Shown piece by piece: positions 59,072-64,000 of a stretch of 64,000 bases of DNA; positions within the stretch are counted from its first letter, which is position 1, and each line of letters begins with the position of its first letter. The notes below the pieces were generated by a model, which saw only the letters and a list, made by a program, of their open reading frames with translations, searched no databases and was not told where the DNA came from. Origin of the DNA: Lachnospiraceae bacterium (lineage in GTDB: Bacteria > Bacillota > Clostridia > Lachnospirales > Lachnospiraceae); NCBI GenBank assembly GCA_015258065.1, contig JABZIZ010000003.1:76649-140648 (forward strand). The letters run 5' to 3'. The position numbers were made by a program, and so were the translations under genes.

Positions 59072-59619
59072 CCTGCAAAGTCCTTATAGCATGATTTCAA
59101 GATCGCCAGACTCTGCTCTTCGTCCAGGTCATAATCGCCACTGACGGCCATGCAGGCTGCTCCATGAATAAAGATCCAAATCTTCATAAAAAGCTGATCC
59201 GGACTCTTCGTACCTCCCTCTCCCGCCTTCCGGATCTGTTCCGTCACTACATCGTCTGCACCATTCACCAATTCGTAGGTGCTTTTGGCATTCTCCTCAT
59301 GCGGCATCAGAAAAAGCAACTCAAACAGTTTTGGCTCCTTCCTTGCAAAGGAGATATAGGCCATGCCAAGATCCACAAATGGAATCTCGTTTCTTTTTTC
59401 GAATGCAGTGTAGAATTCTCCGTAGTAGGAAGCAGCCTTGTCATAAACATCTTTCTTAAGCGCTTCCATGTTTGCATAAAGTCGGAAGATCGGTTGGGTG
59501 GAACATCCCGCTTCTGATGCAAGCTTTCTGGACGTAATCTGCTGAAAGCCTTCTTCTCTGGTAATACGGAAGGCGGCGTCGACAATCTCTTCTTTCGTGA
59601 TCGTAGCTTTTCTGGCCAT
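59068..59619 (-). CDS. TetR/AcrR-family transcriptional regulator
   Basis: N-terminal helix-turn-helix (ITSRKLASEAGCSTQPIFRLY). 4-nt overlap with the downstream flavoprotein gene. Confidence 0.85.
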   Translation of the reverse strand: MARKATITKEEIVDAAFRITREEGFQQITSRKLASEAGCSTQPIFRLYANMEALKKDVYDKAASYYGEFYTAFEKRNEIPFVDLGMAYISFARKEPKLFELLFLMPHEENAKSTYELVNGADDVVTEQIRKAGEGGTKSPDQLFMKIWIFIHGAACMAVSGDYDLDEEQSLAILKSCYKDFAG

Positions 59620-59686
59620 TTTCTTTTGCCCGTATCCTTTTCAAGCATTCATAAAACTGTATTGGTATGTTTAATAGCAAACGTTA

Positions 59687-60814
59687 TCATAGTCGATTTC
59701 CCCCTGCAGTGTCAAGCGTCTCACCATTGTTTTCTATCTGCATTGCAATTCTCAGGTAGACGGAAAAAGCGCTCGGCACCGCATATTTCTCATTCAACTC
59801 TTCTCTTTTGGCCCAGACAAAATCTGCCACAGCAGCCTCCCCTCTCTCCTCTACGAGGAGTAAAGCTCCCTGCATTTCCCATTCCTTATGGGTAAAAATA
59901 TGTTTGCTTTTCACCAGTTCTTTCTTTGATGACAGCAGAAGACCATGAGAGGTAGCCCATATTTCGAGATCCACCGGTGACAAATAACCCTCTTCATTGG
60001 GGAACTCATACATTCCGGCTAACAGTCCCGTTGCAGGGCGCTTCCGAATCAAAAATCTTGCTCCATCCGTTACCAGAAGAATCGTACGCTGCTCTACCTT
60101 CCTCTCTCTTCGTGAAGATTTGACGGGAAAATACATTTCCTTCCGTCCGGCATGAGACCGGCAGTTTTTCTGAATCGGACACAGAGCACACCTGGGAAGA
60201 CCGCCTGGGAGACAGATCGTTTCGCCCAGTTCCATCAGCGCCTGGTTAAACTTCCCGCAGTCTTTTGCAGGCGGCAACTGGTCTTCTAACTCCTTTCGGA
60301 TTCTATCTCTTGTGTCCTGTCTCGCAATATCACCCTCGTCCGCAAAAAAACGTGTGAAAACCCGGAGCACATTGCCATCCACAACGGGAACCCTTTCCTG
60401 AAAGGCAATGGAAGCAATGGCGCCCGCCGTATAAGGTCCGATCCCCGGCAGGCGAATCAGTTCCTCATAGTGGGCAGGCAGATTCCCCCCATGCTCCCTG
60501 ACTACGATTTCAGCCGCCTTTTTCAAATTTTTTGCCCGGGAATAATAGCCAAGCCCCTCCCATAGTTTCATGAGCTCATCTTCCTCCACTTCCGCCAATG
60601 CAAAAATATCCGGAAGGCGCTTAAGGAACCTGGCGTAGTATTCTTTCACTGCCTCAATCCTGGTTTGCTGCAACATGATTTCGGAAATCCAAACGTGATA
60701 AGGGGTCGGGCTAAGGCGCCAGGGAAGGGGACGCTCCACTTGTAAATACCAACGTATGAGCGCTTCCGAAGGAATTTGACGCTTTTTTTCCACCCGGCTG
60801 TTGGAAGGATTCAA
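59687..60814 (-). CDS. mutY: A/G-specific adenine DNA glycosylase MutY
   Basis: HhH-GPD fold with the 4Fe-4S cluster loop (CLPGGLPRCALCPIQKNC) and a C-terminal NUDIX-like domain. Confidence 0.9.
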   Translation of the reverse strand: MNPSNSRVEKKRQIPSEALIRWYLQVERPLPWRLSPTPYHVWISEIMLQQTRIEAVKEYYARFLKRLPDIFALAEVEEDELMKLWEGLGYYSRAKNLKKAAEIVVREHGGNLPAHYEELIRLPGIGPYTAGAIASIAFQERVPVVDGNVLRVFTRFFADEGDIARQDTRDRIRKELEDQLPPAKDCGKFNQALMELGETICLPGGLPRCALCPIQKNCRSHAGRKEMYFPVKSSRRERKVEQRTILLVTDGARFLIRKRPATGLLAGMYEFPNEEGYLSPVDLEIWATSHGLLLSSKKELVKSKHIFTHKEWEMQGALLLVEERGEAAVADFVWAKREELNEKYAVPSAFSVYLRIAMQIENNGETLDTAGGNRL

Positions 60815-61299
60815 GGAAGCTCCTTCTGCAAAATGGCCAACTTCCCTGTACCATCCTCGATTTCCATCACTGCGTAGGAAGGGTGACTCCCGCCTCTTGG
60901 TCTGACCGGGCTTCCCGGGTTAATCACCGTCACACCTTCTTCCTCTGTCACCTCGGGAACATGCGTATGCCCGTACATTGCGATATCGCAGCCGTTTTGC
61001 TTCGCCATTCGTACAAGGTTTCGATTATCTCTCCTGACGTTCAACAGATCTCCATGAGAAAGATAGACCCGGTGATAGTCTCCCAGTAAAAATACCAGTT
61101 CCTTAGGCAGATTTCCCTCATAATCGCAGTTTCCCCCAACTGCCCTCAGATGATAGTCCCGACTTTCTCCCAGCGCATACCGAAACTCTCCGCATATATC
61201 TCCGCAATGAACCAGTACATCAAAGGGCCTCTCGGCAGCAATGATTTTTTTCAATTCGTAAAAACTTCCGTGTGTATCGCTCACGATCACTACTTTCAT
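60811..61299 (-). CDS. YfcE/MJ0936-family metallophosphoesterase
   Basis: Motifs VSDTHG, HCGD and GHTH. 162 aa. Confidence 0.85.
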   Translation of the reverse strand: MKVVIVSDTHGSFYELKKIIAAERPFDVLVHCGDICGEFRYALGESRDYHLRAVGGNCDYEGNLPKELVFLLGDYHRVYLSHGDLLNVRRDNRNLVRMAKQNGCDIAMYGHTHVPEVTEEEGVTVINPGSPVRPRGGSHPSYAVMEIEDGTGKLAILQKELP

Positions 61300-61305
61300 G
61301 ATTTA

Positions 61306-61349
61306 CTCCAAAAAGTAGGGTGCAGGTGAATCACTGCCTACCTGCACCC
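61306..61349 (-). terminator. Rho-independent terminator after tpiA
   Basis: On the minus strand: gggtgcaggt-(12 nt)-acctgcaccc followed by TACTTTTTGG. Confidence 0.55.
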
Positions 61350-61391
61350 TTCTTCTTTTATGTTTTCCCGTCCTCTACGATCGCCGAATGA

Positions 61392-62138
61392 TTAGTAATT
61401 GACAATCTGACCGAATTCTTCCTTTAGAGAGGCACCGCCTACCAGTCCTCCGTCGATATTCGGTTTTGCAAATAAGTCTGCAGCGGTCTTCGCATTGACA
61501 GATCCGCCGTACTGGATACGAATGGCTTCTCCCGTCGCTTCTCCGTAAATTTCACGGATGCATTCCCTAATCGCAGCACAAACCTCTTCCGCCTGATCGC
61601 TGGTCGCCGTTTTTCCCGTACCGATCGCCCAGATCGGCTCGTAGGCGATGACCGCTGTCTTAGCCTGGTCTGCCGATACTCCCTGGAAAGCGATCTTAAT
61701 CTGCTGGCGGATAAAATCAATGGTGATTCCCTGCTCTCTCTGCTCCAGCGTTTCTCCACAGCAGATGATCGGGGTAAGTCCATGTTCAAACGCTTTCAAT
61801 ACCTTTTTATTGACGGTTTCATTGGTCTCCGCAAAATATTGTCTTCTCTCGGAGTGCCCGATGATGACATATTTCACACCTGCTTCCGTCAACATGTCCG
61901 GTGCGATTTCTCCGGTGAAAGCGCCCTTCTCTTCAAAGTACATATTCTCGGCACCGATTGCAATGTTGCTTCCCTCTGCCGCCTGCACCGCGGGAATGAT
62001 ATCAATCGCGGGAACACAAAAGACTACATCCGCATTCTCCGACTTTACCAGTGGCTTTAAGCGCTGAATGAGGTCAACCGCCTGCTTCGGTGTCATGTTC
62101 ATCTTCCAGTTACCGGCAATAATCATTCTTCTTCCCAT
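61392..62138 (-). CDS. tpiA: Triosephosphate isomerase
   Basis: Motifs AGNWKMN, IGHSERR and [11 protein letters not shown]. Confidence 0.95.
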   Translation of the reverse strand: MGRRMIIAGNWKMNMTPKQAVDLIQRLKPLVKSENADVVFCVPAIDIIPAVQAAEGSNIAIGAENMYFEEKGAFTGEIAPDMLTEAGVKYVIIGHSERRQYFAETNETVNKKVLKAFEHGLTPIICCGETLEQREQGITIDFIRQQIKIAFQGVSADQAKTAVIAYEPIWAIGTGKTATSDQAEEVCAAIRECIREIYGEATGEAIRIQYGGSVNAKTAADLFAKPNIDGGLVGGASLKEEFGQIVNY

Positions 62139-62154
62139 AGGAAATTCTCCTCTA

Positions 62155-63378
62155 TTATTTATCGTCTGCAGCTACAACGCCCGGCAGTGCCTTACCTTCC
62201 AGAAACTCCAGAGAAGCGCCGCCGCCTGTGGAAATATGAGACATTTTGGATGCGTATCCCAGCTGGTTTACCGCCGCCGCAGAGTCTCCACCACCAATGA
62301 TCGTTGTGGCATCTGTCTGCGCAAGCGCTTTTGCAACTGCCTTGGTTCCCTCTGCCAGAACCGGATTTTCAAACACGCCCATCGGTCCGTTCCAGACAAC
62401 CGTCTTTGCATTCTTCACCGCTTCCGCATACAGTTCACGCGTCTTTTCTCCAATATCCAGCCCTTCTTTATCCGCCGGAATCGCACTAGACGCACATGTC
62501 TCTACTTTGATATTGGCGTCGTCAATCGGATTCGGGAAAGAATCCGCAACCACCGTATCTACGGGCAGGAGGAGGGTTTTACCAAGCTTCTGCGCCTTCT
62601 CCATCATTTCCTTACAATAATCCACCTTCGTATCGTCTACCAGAGATTTGCCGACCTCATAGCCTTTTGCCTTTAAGAAGGTGAAGGCCATTCCGCCTCC
62701 AATGATGAGCGTATCGCACTTCTCCAGAAGGTTGTTGATGACATTTAATTTATCAGCAACCTTCGCTCCGCCCAGAATCGCCACAAAAGGTCTGACCGGG
62801 TTCTCGACCGCATTGCCCAGGAAATCAATTTCCTTCTGCATCAGATAACCGACTGCACAGGAACCGCCTTTTTCACGCACGAACTTCGTGACCCCTTCTA
62901 CCGAACAATGCGCTCTGTGAGAAGAACCGAAGGCATCACACACATAATCATCACAGAGATCCGCAAGCTCTTTGCTGAACGCTTCGCCGTTCTTTGTCTC
63001 TTCCGGACGGAATCTGGTGTTCTGTAGCAAAATGACGTCGCCGTCTTTCATCTCCGCTACCGCCTTCGTTACCTCCGGCCCGGTGACGGTATCCAGCGCC
63101 ACAAACTTCACTTCTTTTCCCAGCTTTTCCGAAAGACGCTCCGCTACAGGGCGAAGAGACTCTCCCTCATTAGGGCCATTCTTCACCTTGCCCAGATGGG
63201 AGCAGAGAATAACCTTCCCGCCATCCTTCATCAGCTTCTCAATGGTAGGCAGCGCTGCTACAATACGGGTTTCGTCGGTGATTTTTCCGTCCTTTAACGG
63301 CACATTAAAGTCACAGCGGCACAGGACTCTTTTGCCTTTATATGCCACATCGTCGATTGATTTTTTATTCAGAGCCAT
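62155..63378 (-). CDS. pgk: Phosphoglycerate kinase
   Basis: Start set to MALNKK, which has a GGAGG SD 7 nt upstream. Motifs RCDFNVP and GGGA. Confidence 0.95.
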   Translation of the reverse strand: MALNKKSIDDVAYKGKRVLCRCDFNVPLKDGKITDETRIVAALPTIEKLMKDGGKVILCSHLGKVKNGPNEGESLRPVAERLSEKLGKEVKFVALDTVTGPEVTKAVAEMKDGDVILLQNTRFRPEETKNGEAFSKELADLCDDYVCDAFGSSHRAHCSVEGVTKFVREKGGSCAVGYLMQKEIDFLGNAVENPVRPFVAILGGAKVADKLNVINNLLEKCDTLIIGGGMAFTFLKAKGYEVGKSLVDDTKVDYCKEMMEKAQKLGKTLLLPVDTVVADSFPNPIDDANIKVETCASSAIPADKEGLDIGEKTRELYAEAVKNAKTVVWNGPMGVFENPVLAEGTKAVAKALAQTDATTIIGGGDSAAAVNQLGYASKMSHISTGGGASLEFLEGKALPGVVAADDK

Positions 63379-63406
63379 AGATAAACCTCCTTCGTTCATG
63401 AAAGAA

Positions 63407-63428
63407 GTCCGGTCCAAGTGGACCGGAC
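63407..63428 (-). promoter_or_regulatory. Intercistronic stem-loop between gap and pgk
   Basis: 9-bp perfect stem gtccggtcc / ggaccggac with loop aagt. No U-tract follows, so it is a candidate processing or attenuation site. Confidence 0.35.
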
Positions 63429-63466
63429 CTCCTGTTAGATCACGTTGGTTGTGGTCGTCCGTCTGA

Positions 63467-64000
63467 TTATTTGTTAATCAGAGAGCCAAAGTGCTTGATG
63501 GTGCGTACCATCTGGCTGGTGTAGCTGTTCTCATTGTCATACCAGGAAACCACCTGTACCAGTGTCTTATCTCCCATCGGCAGAACCTTGGTCTGGGTTG
63601 CATCAAAGATGGAACCTGCGGTGCTGTTAATGATATCGGAAGAAACGATCTCATCGGTGTTGTATTCGAAGGACTCGGTCTCTTCTTTCTTCATCTGCTC
63701 GTTTACCTGGTCTGCTGTCACCTTGCCGTTTACGACTGCATCCAGAATCGTGGTAGATCCGGTTGCGGTAGGAACACGCTGTGCCGCTCCGTTCAATTTG
63801 CCATCCAGTTCCGGAAGAACAAGGCCGATTGCCTTGGCAGCGCCGGAAGAAGAAGGAGTAATGTTCATTGCGCCAGCTCTGGAGCGACGAAGATCTCCCT
63901 TTCTCTGCGGTCCGTCCAGGATCATCTGATCGCCGGTATACGCATGTACGGTGGTCATAAAGCCGGACTCAACCGGGCAAAGATCATTCAGAGCTTTTGC
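63467..64000 (-). CDS. gap: Glyceraldehyde-3-phosphate dehydrogenase, C-terminal part; the gene continues past the window end
   Basis: ...[19 protein letters not shown]...WYDNE... matches the GAPDH catalytic domain. Confidence 0.9.
   Translation of the reverse strand, partial: AKALNDLCPVESGFMTTVHAYTGDQMILDGPQRKGDLRRSRAGAMNITPSSSGAAKAIGLVLPELDGKLNGAAQRVPTATGSTTILDAVVNGKVTADQVNEQMKKEETESFEYNTDEIVSSDIINSTAGSIFDATQTKVLPMGDKTLVQVVSWYDNENSYTSQMVRTIKHFGSLINK

Overview
This 64 kb window is Firmicutes/Clostridia-type chromosomal DNA at roughly 50% GC. It is densely packed with housekeeping genes, and about 55 of 59 coding sequences lie on the minus strand, so the minus strand is probably the leading strand here. 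No transposase, integrase, CRISPR array, rRNA or tRNA was found.

Gene content, from low to high coordinate:
- The N-terminus of RqcH/FbpA (runs off the window start), then efp and a 138-aa hypothetical protein.
- A five-gene peptide ABC transporter (oppA-B-C-D-F-like).
- nrdR, followed by a compact division/cell-wall cluster: ftsZ, ftsQ, ftsW, murD, mraY, a class B penicillin-binding protein, ftsL, rsmH, mraZ.
- lgt, ychF, and a CPBP (CAAX-type) protease facing a bacterial PH-domain protein.
- The conserved rsgA, prkC, stp, rlmN, rsmB, (Zn-peptidase), fmt, def, priA block, then murE, recJ and secDF.
- A SCIFF ranthipeptide locus: the radical-SAM maturase scfB and a 48-aa six-cysteine precursor scfA that the ORF track missed.
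- hlyC/corC, an Sfp-type phosphopantetheinyl transferase, pepP, thrC, and a second CPBP protease.
- A low-GC gene encoding a protein with two AP2-like DNA-binding domains.
- The rnfCDGEAB operon.
- A YprB-like exonuclease, a solitary cheR, ispH-rpsA, cmk, a HI0933-family flavoprotein with a TetR regulator, mutY, a YfcE-type phosphoesterase, and tpiA, pgk, gap (gap runs off the window end).

Non-coding features found by eye:
- Three 10-bp-phased AAGTGG boxes immediately upstream of mraZ, matching the autoregulatory operator that MraZ is known to bind.
- An in-frame tandem triplication of the last 36 bp of murD, stop codon included.
- A 35-bp tandem repeat (3 copies) between the hypothetical gene and efp.
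- Several rho-independent terminators and an attenuator hairpin between scfA and scfB.

The most distinctive element is the SCIFF RiPP locus, a known family whose mature product has no established function. The most likely horizontally acquired element is the low-GC dual-AP2 gene.
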